Shown in pieces: positions 1-10,742 of a stretch of 64,000 nucleotides of DNA. The DNA lies in contig CAVPIW010000005.1 of the NCBI GenBank assembly GCA_963705105.1, positions 64,001-128,000 of the forward strand, read 5' to 3'. Below the pieces are notes generated by a model. The model saw only the letters and a list, made by a program, of their open reading frames with translations. It made no database searches and was not told where the DNA came from. Every line of letters begins with the position of its first letter. The first letter of the stretch is position 1. Origin of the DNA: an uncultured Nitrospiraceae bacterium. Lineage in GTDB: Bacteria > Nitrospirota > Thermodesulfovibrionia > Thermodesulfovibrionales > Dissulfurispiraceae. The position numbers and the translations under genes were made by a program.

Positions 1-65
1 CTCTCATTTGTCAAGCGGAAAATGGCCATCCTCATCGGCATGGCTCTTTTCACAATTTTAAATTG

Positions 66-82
66 AGCAAGTTCCTTGCCAA
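66..82 (-). promoter_or_regulatory. sigma54 -24/-12 promoter for a gene left of the window
   Basis: Minus strand reads TTGGCAAGGAACTTGCT, with exact GG-N10-GC spacing. Confidence 0.6.
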
Positions 83-183
83 TGGCAAATAGCCGACAAT
101 TCAATGAGTTCTTATTTCCGCTTCCGCAGCTTCCTGTGGCTGTTCTGCAACAGGTGTGAATAAGAGTAACAGTCGTCTTCCTC

Positions 184-1485
184 CTATCCCCTGCCCACGG
201 CGACGTACCGGAACCCCCTGGCCTTCATCCTTTCGGGGTCATAGATGTTCCTGAGATCGAAGAAGCAGGGCTGCCGCAGGAGGGAGAGGACCCTGTCAAG
301 GTCAAGATTCCTGAACTGGTTCCATTCCGTGACGATGACCACGGCATCGGCGGACGTGCAGGCGTCATAGGCATCGGCACAGTACATTATATCCGGGAGG
401 ACCGCCTTCGTGTTCTCCATCGCCACGGGGTCGTAGGCCCTGATCAATGCCCCTTCCCTCGTGAGTTGCTCGATGATCGACAGAGCCGGCGCCTCCCGGA
501 TGTCGTCGGTGTTGGGCTTGAAAGAAAGACCCAGGACAGCCAGCGTCAGCCCCCTGAGTTCACCCAGAGACTGCCCTATCTTGCCGACCACCCAGGCGAT
601 CTGACGTTCGTTCGCCGCGATGGCCGCCTGCACCACGCCGAGTTCCACGCCGTGATCATGGCCGATGCTCACAAGGGCGCGCGTGTCCTTGGGAAAGCAG
701 GACCCGCCGAAACCAGGGCCGGCGTGGAGGAATTTCGAGCCGATCCTGTTGTCGAGTCCCATCCCCCTGGCGACGAGTTTCACGTCGGCGCCGACCTTTT
801 CACAGAGGACCGCCATCTCGTTGATGAACGATACCTTCGTCGCCAGAAAGGAATTGGAGGCGTATTTGATCAGCTCCGACGTCTCGATGTTCGTGATGAC
901 AAAAGGCGTCTCGATGAGGTAGAGCGGCCGGTACAGGTCCCTCATGATCGCCACGGCCTGCTGGCTTCGCGCGCCGATGACGACCCGGTTGGGCCGCATG
1001 AAGTCCTCGATCGCCGATCCTTCCCGGAGGAATTCGGGGTTCGAAACGATGTCGAAATCAGCCTCTTCGACCCGCTGTTCGGCGATGATGGACCGTATCT
1101 TCTCCCCCGTTCCCACGGGCACGGTGCTCTTCGTGACGATGACCTTGTATTCATGCATGTGGTGAGCGATCTCGCGGGCCACGCCTTCCACATAGGCAAG
1201 ATCGGCCGACCCGTCGCCCCGTGGGGGTGTCCCGACGGCGATGAAGATGACGAGGGACTCACTGACGGCCTCCCCGATGTTGGTGGTGAATTTGAGCCGT
1301 CCCTCCCGGACATTCCTCATGACGATCTCCGACAGGCCCGGCTCGTAGAAGGGGATGACGCCGTTTTTCAGGCTTTCGATCTTGGCGGCGTCCCTGTCGA
1401 CGCAGGTGACGAAGACGCCGAATTCGGCAAAACAGGCCCCGGTGACAAGCCCCACGTATCCTGATCCGATAATGGCGATATGCAC
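184..1485 (-). CDS. ugd: UDP-glucose 6-dehydrogenase
   Basis: N-terminal GSGYVG Rossmann motif, SNPEFLREG, catalytic GFGGSCFPKD, and FKPNTDDIRE. Confidence 0.93.
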   Translation of the reverse strand: MHIAIIGSGYVGLVTGACFAEFGVFVTCVDRDAAKIESLKNGVIPFYEPGLSEIVMRNVREGRLKFTTNIGEAVSESLVIFIAVGTPPRGDGSADLAYVEGVAREIAHHMHEYKVIVTKSTVPVGTGEKIRSIIAEQRVEEADFDIVSNPEFLREGSAIEDFMRPNRVVIGARSQQAVAIMRDLYRPLYLIETPFVITNIETSELIKYASNSFLATKVSFINEMAVLCEKVGADVKLVARGMGLDNRIGSKFLHAGPGFGGSCFPKDTRALVSIGHDHGVELGVVQAAIAANERQIAWVVGKIGQSLGELRGLTLAVLGLSFKPNTDDIREAPALSIIEQLTREGALIRAYDPVAMENTKAVLPDIMYCADAYDACTSADAVVIVTEWNQFRNLDLDRVLSLLRQPCFFDLRNIYDPERMKARGFRYVAVGRG

Positions 1486-1586
1486 GTAAAACCTCCTTAC
1501 GGTCGTGTTTTGATGGTTACTCTGTATTCATCCAAACTTACAACGGGATCTTGAAAACGAGGATAGGATTTTGTTTCCGAGGCATA

Positions 1587-1722
1587 ACCTTGCAGTTGCA
1601 CAAAAAGGCGGGGCGAAGCGCTTCAAATCCTTGCCTTCCCGGAGACGCGCCACCTTCAGCGTAGCCCTGAGGCGCATTCACCCCAACCCCGCCTTTCCGG
1701 ATGGCGTATGCAACGAAAAGGA
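1587..1722 (+). repeat. Dispersed inverted-repeat element, copy E1
   Basis: ACCTTGCAGTTGCA..AAGGCGGGGCGAAGCG at the left and GGCGCATTCACCCC..CCCCGCCTTT..TGCAACGAAAAGGA at the right; TA on both flanks. Confidence 0.75.
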
Positions 1723-1726
1723 TACT

Positions 1727-2284
1727 TCACCGACCCGCAAGGATCTCCCTGAAGCAGGGCGAGTCCCTGAGGTTGTCGTAGGTCTTCGATGTCCTGATGT
1801 ACGCCCAGTTGTTGTATCCCTTCTCGATGGCCCGTTTCAGCCACGTGCAGGCGCCCGCAACGTCTTTCCGGGCCGCGCAGAGTTCCGACATGCTGTTCAG
1901 GGCGAAGATGTTGCACGGACTGATCTCGATGGCCTTCCGTATATCCCGCTCCGCCTGCCCGTCATCGCCCATGAGGAGATGGAGAAATCCCCTGTTGTTG
2001 TATGCCATGTCGCTTTCGGGGTCGAGGTCGATGGCCCTGTTGTAATCGCTGAGCGCGAGGTCGTAGAAGCCCTTCTTCTGGTAGGCGATTCCCCTGTTGA
2101 TATAGGCAAGGGCGAACCGGGGATTCAGGCCTATAGCCTTGTTGTAGTCCGCCAGCGCCAGGTCGACGCTGCCCCTTTTCTGGTAGACATTCCCTCTGTT
2201 GTTGTACGCCCTGTAATCGAGCGGATTCGTCCTGATGATCTTCGTGTAACGGGCGATCGCCAGTTCGTCCTTGTCTCTTTTCAC
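1727..2284 (-). CDS. Tetratricopeptide repeat protein
   Basis: Repeated AYNNRG...A.ADYNKAI.LNP units; GTG start. Confidence 0.85.
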   Translation of the reverse strand: MKRDKDELAIARYTKIIRTNPLDYRAYNNRGNVYQKRGSVDLALADYNKAIGLNPRFALAYINRGIAYQKKGFYDLALSDYNRAIDLDPESDMAYNNRGFLHLLMGDDGQAERDIRKAIEISPCNIFALNSMSELCAARKDVAGACTWLKRAIEKGYNNWAYIRTSKTYDNLRDSPCFREILAGR

Positions 2285-2362
2285 GGCACCGTGTCTCCAG
2301 GGATTTATTTATTCTATTTTCGCTTTTTTTTGTTTCACTTGCAAGCAACTACTGTGTTGCAG

Positions 2363-4862
2363 TTATTCGACGACGATGTCGATCGCATCCCCGCGGCCGT
2401 CGGGCCCGGCGGCGATGATGGAATGCCTTCCCCGCGTCATGGACCATAGCGTATGGAACGGAGGGCCGGCCCTCGCGATATGCTTTCCGTCAACGTACCA
2501 GTCGACATGCTCAACGGGTCTCCCGGCAACGGCTTCGAGCCTGACGGGCGGACCGGCGCCCCGGTCCGTCATGAAGCGGTCGCGGTGCAGCGGGTATGTG
2601 ATGCGCACCCCGCTGCCGGGACCGGGAACACTCCCGTGTTGAGAAAACGTTTCCTGCTAGGAGACCGGCACGACTTCGTCCCGGAGGCATTGCCTTTCCT
2701 GCGCCGCCGGCTTCCGCAGTCCGTGCGGAACTCCCTGCAAGGCGGACGTTTCCTGATGATTCGGCCGGAGAATAACCGTCTTGGAAGAGTGCGTCCAGGT
2801 CACGACCGAAACCTGCGAGGCGGTAGCTCAGCACTGATCTTTTGAGATGTTTCACCGAGAGCCACCCCGCATAGGAGACGGGCAGGTCGTGATAGAAGCG
2901 TTCGCTGTCATGAAACGAGCAGGTCCCGGCAGGTTCCGTTCCCCTGATAAAGAGTTCCCTTGTCGTGTATGAACAGGAGGCGCCGGGGAGCATGCCCGAT
3001 ATGCCGCAGACGGTCACGGTATGCACATGCGGCGGTTTCTGGCGGGCCGGAGGCGATACTCCCCGGTAGAGGAGCATCATGATGTCCTTCAGGATCGGCG
3101 CGGCTCCGGACGCGCCGCTGAGCTGTGCCGTCGGCGAGCCGTCGAAGTTCCCCACCCAGACGCCGACGGTGTATTCAGGCGTGTATCCGATCGCCCAGCC
3201 GTCACGAAATCGCGTGCTCGTGCCCGTCTTGACTGACATTCTGAAGGGAAGATCCATGGCATTGATGGTCCCGAAGGTGAGTGTCCTTGCCGAGGCATCG
3301 GAGAGAATGTCCGACACGATGTAGGCCGTCTCGGCGCTGAAGAGGAGAGCCGCATTCCCCTTTTCTTCGTCCATCAGGTAACGGAGAGGCCTGCTGACAC
3401 CACCGTTGGCGAGCACGGCATAGGCCGTCGCGAGATGTTCAAGGCTGACCTCCATGTTTCCGATGACGATGCCGAGCCCGTAGTGCTCGGGGCCCGGGTC
3501 CGTTCTTTTTATGAGGCCGATATGCCGGAGTATCTCGTAAAACCGACCGCCCTCCATCGCCTCGAGCATCTTGACGGCCGATATGTTCAGCGAGCTTCCG
3601 AGGGCGAGTCTCATCGTCACCGGGCCATACTCCCTGCGGTCGAAATTGTCGGGAGAGTAATGTCCCGCTGCAGCGGGGTATTTCCTCAGCGTGTCCTCAA
3701 GGAGGGAAGAGACGGTGAATCCTTCTTCGAGGGCCTGGGCGTACAGAAAAGGCTTGACCGTCGAACCGGCCGAACGGAAGGCTGTCGTTCCGTTGTTGAA
3801 ACCGCCGTGCCTGCTCGAATAGGAAAGGGAGCCCACCGATGCGATTACCTCCATGGTGGGATTGTGGATGATGAGGGCGGCGGCCTGGGAGGCCCCTCTC
3901 GACAGAAGCCGCCGGCCGTGGGAGGAGAGAATGCGCTCCGTCTCCTGCTGAAGACCGAGATCGACCGTTGTCACGACCGGGCCGGAGGACGGCGATCGCC
4001 GGGCCAGGAGCATGTCGATGAAATGGGGAGCATGATTGGGGAAACGCGGCTTCTCCCGGAAGGCGATCTCCTGGGCCAGGGCGTTCTTGAGACTTTCTTC
4101 ATCGAGAAAGCCCAGTTCTGCCATCCTGAAAAGGACGGCGTTCTTTTTCTGCATCAGCAGAGGCCCGTTCTTGCCGTAAGGATTGAGCATCGTCGGCGCC
4201 CTCGGCAGGGCGGCAAGGACGGCGGCCTCGGCCGCCGTCAACTCCCGTGCATGTTTGCCGAAATAGACCTGTGACGCGAGTTCGACGCCTGCTACATTGT
4301 TTCCCATGGGAATGCGGTTGAGATACTGCTCGAGGATCTCCTCTTTTGACAGCTCCGATTCGAGCTGCACGCTCCGCAGGATTTCGGCGAGCTTCGCCCC
4401 GTAGGACCTCTCCTGCGGATAGATCATGCGGACGACCTGCTGCGAGATCGTCGACGCGCCCGAGACGACCCTGCCTGCACGGAGATTGTCCCTGAGCGCC
4501 CTCATGATGGCGAGAAAGTCGAAGCCTCCGTGTCTGTAAAACCGGGCGTCCTCGGCGGCGATAAAGGCATGCTTGACCACGTCCTGGATTTCCCTTCCGG
4601 AGACCCAGATGTGCCGCTCTCCCCCTTCGCCCGGGGAAAACCGCAGGAGCCTGCCCGTGCGATCGAGGAAAATCCCGTTGTCCTGGAGACGGATTGCTTC
4701 CCTGCTGAAATCGGCCTCGCCGGCCTCAAGAAGGGAGGATCCGGGACAGAGGATCAGGGCAATAAAAAGCAGCACAGCCGCCCACATTGGTCGGAACCAG
4801 ACCACGAACACCCGGACGGGGAGGCTGATGTGGTGAAAAGCCTTTCCGCTAAGATACCTCAT
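2363..4862 (-). CDS. pbpC: Penicillin-binding protein 1C; C-terminal domain in a shifted frame
   Basis: Transglycosylase motifs AAEDARF and GASTISQQ; transpeptidase motifs GSTVKPF and KTGT. The C-terminal domain (VDWYVDGK...GRHSI) lies in ORF 2363-2608. Adjacent to the alpha-2-macroglobulin gene. Confidence 0.88.
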
Positions 4863-4904
4863 TCATCACCAGATCACACTTTGCCGTGTCCATCGATACC
4901 AGAA

Positions 4905-5040
4905 GCCCGTCAGGCAGAGGGCGCTGAACACCTGGAGATGTCTCATCATCGCATTGGAAAGGCTTTGAACCATATCTGCCTCCCCGGTGGCGATATTATA
5001 AGTGGGGCGCTTCGCCTTGCCTTTCCATGCACCGTTGCTG
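4905..5040 (-). repeat. Dispersed inverted-repeat element, degenerate copy E2
   Basis: Left arm GGTGCATGGAAAGGCAAGGCGAAGCGC is recognisable; the right arm is decayed and its boundary approximate. Confidence 0.5.
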
Positions 5041-5041
5041 T

Positions 5042-8000
5042 TCACTCCCTTGCCTTGACGACGAACTTGCCCGCCGGTGTGTATGAGACGACGTCCGGTT
5101 CGTACATGAGCTGGACCTTTGTCGGGGGCAGGACGAATTCGCCCTCGCAGACGGCGCGGGCGTAATAGGCATACTGATATGTGCCCTTCCAGGCCTGGTT
5201 CCTGAAGGCGAGCACCCGGTCGTCCCGCAGCTCGAAATGGTTCGGCATGAACCGGTAGAACCGGCCCTCGTAATCCCAGATTTCACCGGCCTGTCCTCCT
5301 TCACCTCCGTCCGGTCCGACACGCTCTTCCGTCTCGATGGCGGTGTTGATCGCCACGAGGCCCGCCGGCAGGGGGTCATCGAGGACGATGTACGGCGAGT
5401 CATCGTCTATCTCCATATCGATCTTCACCTTGACGACGTCTCCCACCCTGATCGTCGGCGAACCGTCGATCTGCTCGATCGTCTTCCGGATTTTGAAACC
5501 TTTCGTGTATCCGCTCTGCGCGTAATCGATCCTGGGGTATGAGATGGTCAGGAGGGCGAGCGCCTCCTGCTCGTCGTCGACGGTGACATGAACGGAGGGA
5601 TTCTTCAGAAAGAGCGGCCCATCAAGCTCGTGGACGAACGTCTCCTTCGGACCGATGACGGCGGACAGGTCCTCCGCGCCTGCCTGTTCAACGGTTACGC
5701 CGAAGGGTTCCCGGGCAAAACGGGCGTCCTTGAAATATTCACCGAGGGCGACGAGGGCCCATCCCGTATCGCTCGTCGACGTCCAGAACCCACGCCTGTC
5801 GAGCCCTGCAAGGAGCTGTCCCGCCGTCCTGCCCGTGACGGGGTCGTCTTTCATGAAGACGGACCCTGCGAGCAGGGCGATGGCAGGCTCACGGTAACGG
5901 GCCGAAAAGCTGGGCCTTCCCGCTTTCGTCCCCTTCTTCTCGATCAAAGCCCTCACAGGCTCCGTGAGCTGACTGTCAGGGATCTGGGAACCGTAGTGGG
6001 CGGCGAGGAGCACCAGGAGCGCGCCTTCCCGGCTCATCCCGCCGAGCCCCTTGTGGACTTCCCTGAAAAGGGGCACGTCGAGACGGCCGTTGAGGGCCAG
6101 CAGATAGAGCACATAGCCCCTGAACGTGCTGTCCTGTTTCCCCTCCTCGCGCGCAGCATACGTCAAATAATCGAGAGCCTTCATCATCCTCTCCGCCGGG
6201 ACGTCCATGCCGGACCTCTTCGCAAAGGTGAGCGCCGCCGTCGCGTAAACGGATCCCCACAGGTCCGTCTCACGGCTTCCCGGCCAGTAGCTGAAGCCGC
6301 CCCTGTCGGTCTGCATCGACAGCAGACGGTCTATCCCGGGCTTGAGGAATTTGTCAGTCTCCTGGACGGTGATATCGGGGATGTTCCCTGCCGCGATGAG
6401 ACTCCGCAGGGCCGAGAGCGGAATGATCCCCGAACTGGTCTGTTCGACGCATCCGTAGGGATAGGTGAGCAGGTACTGCAGCGCCTTCGTCATCCGCAGG
6501 AAGGGCGAGCCGGAGACGGTGAGGGTGACCTTCACATCCTCCGGGGCGGGTCTCGTCCCGGGCTTCATAACCGTTTCGGGAAAGGCATAATCCATTTGCC
6601 CTTCTCCCGTGAAGGAACGGAGGACCATGTCGCTCCAGGCCTGATACTGTGACCTGACGGGAACGGCGAGGGCGACGTCATCCCTTTCGCCGCCGAAGAC
6701 GCCGCCGAAGCGGAGGGATGCGACGCCTGTCTTCAACGCCTCTCCGTTAACCCTCACGAATTGCCTGTCCTGGGCATTCATGGTGAACCCCGTCTTCTCC
6801 GGAGAGAGTTTCGCGTGGTCGTCACCGGCTGCCGAGAATATCCCTTCTCCCGCTTTCTCCGTCTTGTTGAAGGCGGCGACGGAGAAGGCGAACCTGTCGC
6901 CCTTTGTGAGGAACCGGGGCAATCCCGGCTCGATGTAGAAATCCTTCACCACCCTCAGGCCCCTGCTGAAGGACGCGAACTGATCGGTCTTGTCACAGGC
7001 GACGACATAGACGCGATAGGTCGTCATCGTGTCGGGGAGCCTGAAGGTCACCGTCGCCCTGCCGTTTCCATCGGTCCTGAGACCGAGATTGCAGTATGCG
7101 ACGGGCCTGAAGTCCTTTCGCACCGTGTCGGCCGGCGCATCGACGCCCTCCCCTCCGCCGCCTCCGGTGAGACGCTCGTTCTTTATGAGTCGGAACGGCG
7201 TCTGCCTCAGGAGATCGGACCGCATGTCCCCCGTGAACACCGACAAGGGCGCGGAAAACTTCGTGAGCGTCTCCAGGGACGGTGTCTTGAAGCCCGTCAG
7301 GGCGAGGACGCTCTCATCGACGACACAGAGGGTCATCTCCGCCTCCCGCCCCTTCCCGGTGCTGTCAAATGCGGACACCCTCAGCGTGAATTCCCCGGAG
7401 GGTCTGGCGACAAGCTCGGGCTGGTCCTCGTTCACCTTGACGGAGAGCTGCTTCACCTGCCGCTTGATCGTCACATTGACGGCGCCGAAGAGAAATGCCG
7501 GCGCCTGCTCGTCGAACTGACCCGTGTAGGACGGGAATTCGCCCCTCGGAACGATGCCGAGAAAGGAAAGGTACACGTTGGGCTCAAACGATTTGTCCAC
7601 GGGGATCTCGACGTAGGACCTGCCGGGGGTGAGCGTCACGGTGCGGTGCTGAAGGATGCCGTCCCGTTCGACCGTCATGAGCAGGGACGAGATCTTCCGG
7701 TGCGGTTTCAGGAAGATCTTCATCGTTTCTCCCTGCCCGTACTCCGCCCTTTCCGCCGCAACTGCGAGCCGTTCGAAGGTCCTTTCCCTGCTCTCGTACT
7801 CGTACCCGTAAAAGTATCCTTCCACATTGAAAGGGGTGCTCGACGAGTAGAGCCGCCCGTCCTTGTCCTTATAGATAAACTTGACGAGATAGGCGCCGCC
7901 GTTCATGAAGTCGAATTCGAACGTCGCCGTGCCGCCTTCCACGGAAACGACCGATGACAGCTGCATCTGGTAGACTTCCCGGTCGTCCCAGTAGACATTG

Positions 8001-10213
8001 CCGTCGTCGTTCCTTTTCCTGACGTAGACATATTCCTGCCTCATGACCTGCACATCCAGCGAACCCCGCTCGATCCTTCGGCCGTTCCTGTCGACGACGA
8101 TGACACGGAGGACCTGCGACTCTCCGGCCTTGACGGACGAATCGTGGCCGCTGATGCCCACCAGATAGTCCGGTTCCGTCTGATAGACCGACGTCCGTGT
8201 TGCCGCCCGCCCGTCGAAATCGACGACCGTCGCGACAAACTCGATGCCGTAGACACCGGATGCGATCTCCCTGCCGATGGGCAGCCTGACCGTCAGGTTG
8301 CCCTTTTCGTCGAGCATCGACTCGCCGCTCTCGATCAGCTCCCTGCCCGTCTCGATGACGTTGCCGAAGGTGAAATCAGGGTATGCCGTACGGCGGAAAT
8401 CCGTGCCCGTCAGGAAGACCTTCCAGCGCGCCTTGCCCTGTTTGACGGGACCGCCGGCATAGTAGGATCCGGAAACCGTGCAGGACAGCATGTCCATTTC
8501 CCGAACGATGTTGATGTAACTCTCGTCCTTCACCCTTTCTTTCCTGAACGACAGATCGACGAAATGGCGCGGCGCCCGGAACTCCTGGACCTCGAAGGTG
8601 CCCGACGCCGATGTGCCCGCGTACTGGACCGTGATCGTATATGTGCCGAGGGGGAAATAGGACTTGAGGTCGATCGTGCCTGAGGCGGTCCCGAAGTCCG
8701 ACAGGGGGAGTGATTTCGAAAGGACTTCCTCTCCCTTTGAGTTTGTCACGGTGAAGGCCGCCTGCCCGCCCTGCGGCGGCAGGACCGACCCGTCGCGGTA
8801 TTCACGGACCGTCCCCTTGAAAAGGACCTGCTCGCCCGGCCTGTAGATGCCGCGCTCGGTGTAGACATGCGTCTTCGGGACGGGAAGCGGCTCACCCGGC
8901 GACGGGGACTGCGTGATCCAATCGGGCTTGATCGTCCCGTTCTGCCTGATCTCGACATATGTTGCGTCATCAGGCGAGGCGGCGACGATCAGTTCGATCT
9001 CACCGATCGACACGGGAGCGACGGTCACGCCGGAGCCGGTGATAGACGTCATGATCTTCGGCTCCTCGTTGTTGAGAAGCAAGAGGCCCTCTTCATCCGT
9101 GCTGCCCAGGGGAATAACGGACCCGTTTTTCAGGAAGGCGAAGAGCGGCACATCGCCCATCGCTTCACCGCTCCGCAGCGATGTCAGCCAGATGAGCAGG
9201 GAGTCACGGGAAACCTTGTACGTCATGGCCATGTCGGTTATCCTGAAGAGACGGACCGGCCCCTGGATTGCCCGGCCCTGCTCAAGGCCGCTGAGGGAAA
9301 CGATCCCGACGGCGCCCTTTTCCTTGCCGGAACGGAAACCCAGGGGGACCGAGAATTTCTGGACGACATTCTTTTTACGCTCCGGGAAGAAGACCTGCCC
9401 GTCCTCGGCAAAGTCGGTCAGGAGAGCAGGGAAGGATTCGTCGATCTCGGCGAGACTCTTGCCCACGGTCTTCACGTATTCCCCCTTCAGCGATTCCCGG
9501 AGCCTGTCGAAGGTGAGTCCGGCCTTCATTTTGGCGATGGAGGAATGGATCAGGAGAGGCGGAATCCTGAAGGCCTTGACGCGCAGTTCGGCCACGTTCG
9601 TCACGTTGACATGGAGCATCTGCATGCTGTCCCTTTCGATGACGCTCTCCTTTTCCGCGAAGGCGACTTCCGGCGAGAGGTCGGGCATGACAAAGGAGTT
9701 CTTCGTTTTCCTATAGGGGTGGCCGCTGCAGACGGCCGAATCAGGCAGATTCACCGTATACTCCGTGGCTGCACGGAAATCACCCTTGATGACCGCCATG
9801 TTCCGCTGCGGCACATCCTCCAGCCACTGCATTCTCACGGGGGGGAATATCTTCAGCGAACTCCTCAGATCAGAGGCGGTGCAGGACGGGGAAAAGGTGA
9901 TGGTCACCTTTTTTTCCTTGAAATCGGGCTGTATGCCCTCTATGGTGAAGGGCTCCCGGGTCGCCTCCTTTTGGACCTTCGGCTGCGGCGCCGGGGCCTT
10001 CGGCGTTTCTGCCTGGTTCTGCGAGACCGCCGGGGGAGGACTGACGAACTCAAAAAGGGCGGCCCGGGCACCTGCGGGCAGGAGAAACAGAAGAGACAGA
10101 GCAATAATCGTCGCGATCATGAACGTATCCGGCCAGACCCTGGCGATCCGGCATCCTGTTTCACATCTCATTCTTTCCTCCTCCTGTTCCCGGTTATTCC
10201 GGCATGCATGCAT
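5042..10213 (-). CDS. Bacterial alpha-2-macroglobulin (YfhM-like)
   Basis: 1723 aa; TERGIYRPGE, VRKDF bait-region flank, thioester motif YPYGCVEQ, C-terminal MYEPD. Signal-like hydrophobic segment suggests the true start is slightly downstream. Confidence 0.92.
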   Translation of the reverse strand: MHACRNNREQEEERMRCETGCRIARVWPDTFMIATIIALSLLFLLPAGARAALFEFVSPPPAVSQNQAETPKAPAPQPKVQKEATREPFTIEGIQPDFKEKKVTITFSPSCTASDLRSSLKIFPPVRMQWLEDVPQRNMAVIKGDFRAATEYTVNLPDSAVCSGHPYRKTKNSFVMPDLSPEVAFAEKESVIERDSMQMLHVNVTNVAELRVKAFRIPPLLIHSSIAKMKAGLTFDRLRESLKGEYVKTVGKSLAEIDESFPALLTDFAEDGQVFFPERKKNVVQKFSVPLGFRSGKEKGAVGIVSLSGLEQGRAIQGPVRLFRITDMAMTYKVSRDSLLIWLTSLRSGEAMGDVPLFAFLKNGSVIPLGSTDEEGLLLLNNEEPKIMTSITGSGVTVAPVSIGEIELIVAASPDDATYVEIRQNGTIKPDWITQSPSPGEPLPVPKTHVYTERGIYRPGEQVLFKGTVREYRDGSVLPPQGGQAAFTVTNSKGEEVLSKSLPLSDFGTASGTIDLKSYFPLGTYTITVQYAGTSASGTFEVQEFRAPRHFVDLSFRKERVKDESYINIVREMDMLSCTVSGSYYAGGPVKQGKARWKVFLTGTDFRRTAYPDFTFGNVIETGRELIESGESMLDEKGNLTVRLPIGREIASGVYGIEFVATVVDFDGRAATRTSVYQTEPDYLVGISGHDSSVKAGESQVLRVIVVDRNGRRIERGSLDVQVMRQEYVYVRKRNDDGNVYWDDREVYQMQLSSVVSVEGGTATFEFDFMNGGAYLVKFIYKDKDGRLYSSSTPFNVEGYFYGYEYESRERTFERLAVAAERAEYGQGETMKIFLKPHRKISSLLMTVERDGILQHRTVTLTPGRSYVEIPVDKSFEPNVYLSFLGIVPRGEFPSYTGQFDEQAPAFLFGAVNVTIKRQVKQLSVKVNEDQPELVARPSGEFTLRVSAFDSTGKGREAEMTLCVVDESVLALTGFKTPSLETLTKFSAPLSVFTGDMRSDLLRQTPFRLIKNERLTGGGGGEGVDAPADTVRKDFRPVAYCNLGLRTDGNGRATVTFRLPDTMTTYRVYVVACDKTDQFASFSRGLRVVKDFYIEPGLPRFLTKGDRFAFSVAAFNKTEKAGEGIFSAAGDDHAKLSPEKTGFTMNAQDRQFVRVNGEALKTGVASLRFGGVFGGERDDVALAVPVRSQYQAWSDMVLRSFTGEGQMDYAFPETVMKPGTRPAPEDVKVTLTVSGSPFLRMTKALQYLLTYPYGCVEQTSSGIIPLSALRSLIAAGNIPDITVQETDKFLKPGIDRLLSMQTDRGGFSYWPGSRETDLWGSVYATAALTFAKRSGMDVPAERMMKALDYLTYAAREEGKQDSTFRGYVLYLLALNGRLDVPLFREVHKGLGGMSREGALLVLLAAHYGSQIPDSQLTEPVRALIEKKGTKAGRPSFSARYREPAIALLAGSVFMKDDPVTGRTAGQLLAGLDRRGFWTSTSDTGWALVALGEYFKDARFAREPFGVTVEQAGAEDLSAVIGPKETFVHELDGPLFLKNPSVHVTVDDEQEALALLTISYPRIDYAQSGYTKGFKIRKTIEQIDGSPTIRVGDVVKVKIDMEIDDDSPYIVLDDPLPAGLVAINTAIETEERVGPDGGEGGQAGEIWDYEGRFYRFMPNHFELRDDRVLAFRNQAWKGTYQYAYYARAVCEGEFVLPPTKVQLMYEPDVVSYTPAGKFVVKARE

Positions 10214-10220
10214 TATGCCT

Positions 10221-10421
10221 GCTTTCCAGTTGCAATGGAAGGGCAGGGCGAAGCGCTCTGAAAAACAGTTTCAGTGTCAGTGTGAGTGTCAGCAAAAGGT
10301 TCACCTTTTTTTCAGCCGTCAGCCTGATAGTGTCTTTATGGGAAGACAAAGGGTTCGCAGCACCGAGGCTTGTCGGCGCATACGCCCCGCCTTTCCGTAG
10401 GTTCGACTGCATCGTGACGAT
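10221..10421 (+). repeat. Dispersed inverted-repeat element, copy E3
   Basis: CAGTTGCAATGGAAGGGCAGGGCGAAGCG ... GGCGCATACGCCCCGCCTTTCC. Confidence 0.75.
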
Positions 10422-10459
10422 TTATCATTCGGAACGCAAATGATGGCATATGCTATAAC

Positions 10460-10723
10460 ATGTGCAGTCAGGCGGTCAACGGAAAAAGATGGCAGATTCA
10501 GGTTTTCGGGAACAAGCGGGATACCTTTTCCTGTGCCGCATGCGGAAAGAGTTTCACCGTCGCCTGTCCTCATTGCAGTGCCGCAGTCACCAGGCGGCAG
10601 ATCGTCCTGAGTGATTTTCTGATCGGAGCCCATGCCGTCACATATGCCGATTGCCTGTTAACCCGGGACCTCGGAGTTTACAGGAGCAATTTCCCTGAAC
10701 TCAAAATCGTGAACTCCGCATGA
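10460..10723 (+). pseudogene. C-terminal fragment of a PIN/VapC toxin with a Zn-ribbon insert
   Basis: SDFLIGAHA...LLTRD PIN tail preceded by CAAC..CPHC; the N-terminal DTN motif is absent. Confidence 0.65.
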
Positions 10724-10742
10724 TCCCGAATGCTTAATCTGA

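Noticed and set aside
1578..1600. sigma54 promoters at the left arms of repeat copies E1 and E5
   Set aside because: GG-to-GC spacing is 9 and 8 nt rather than the required 10.
466..10261. Long plus-strand ORFs such as 466-1464, 6761-7957 and 8867-10261
   Set aside because: Antisense shadows of well-supported GC-rich minus-strand genes, with no recognisable motifs.
10221..10421. Known riboswitch (such as c-di-GMP) for the repeat family
   Set aside because: I could not match the diagnostic motifs, and interior length varies too much; an Rfam search is still needed.
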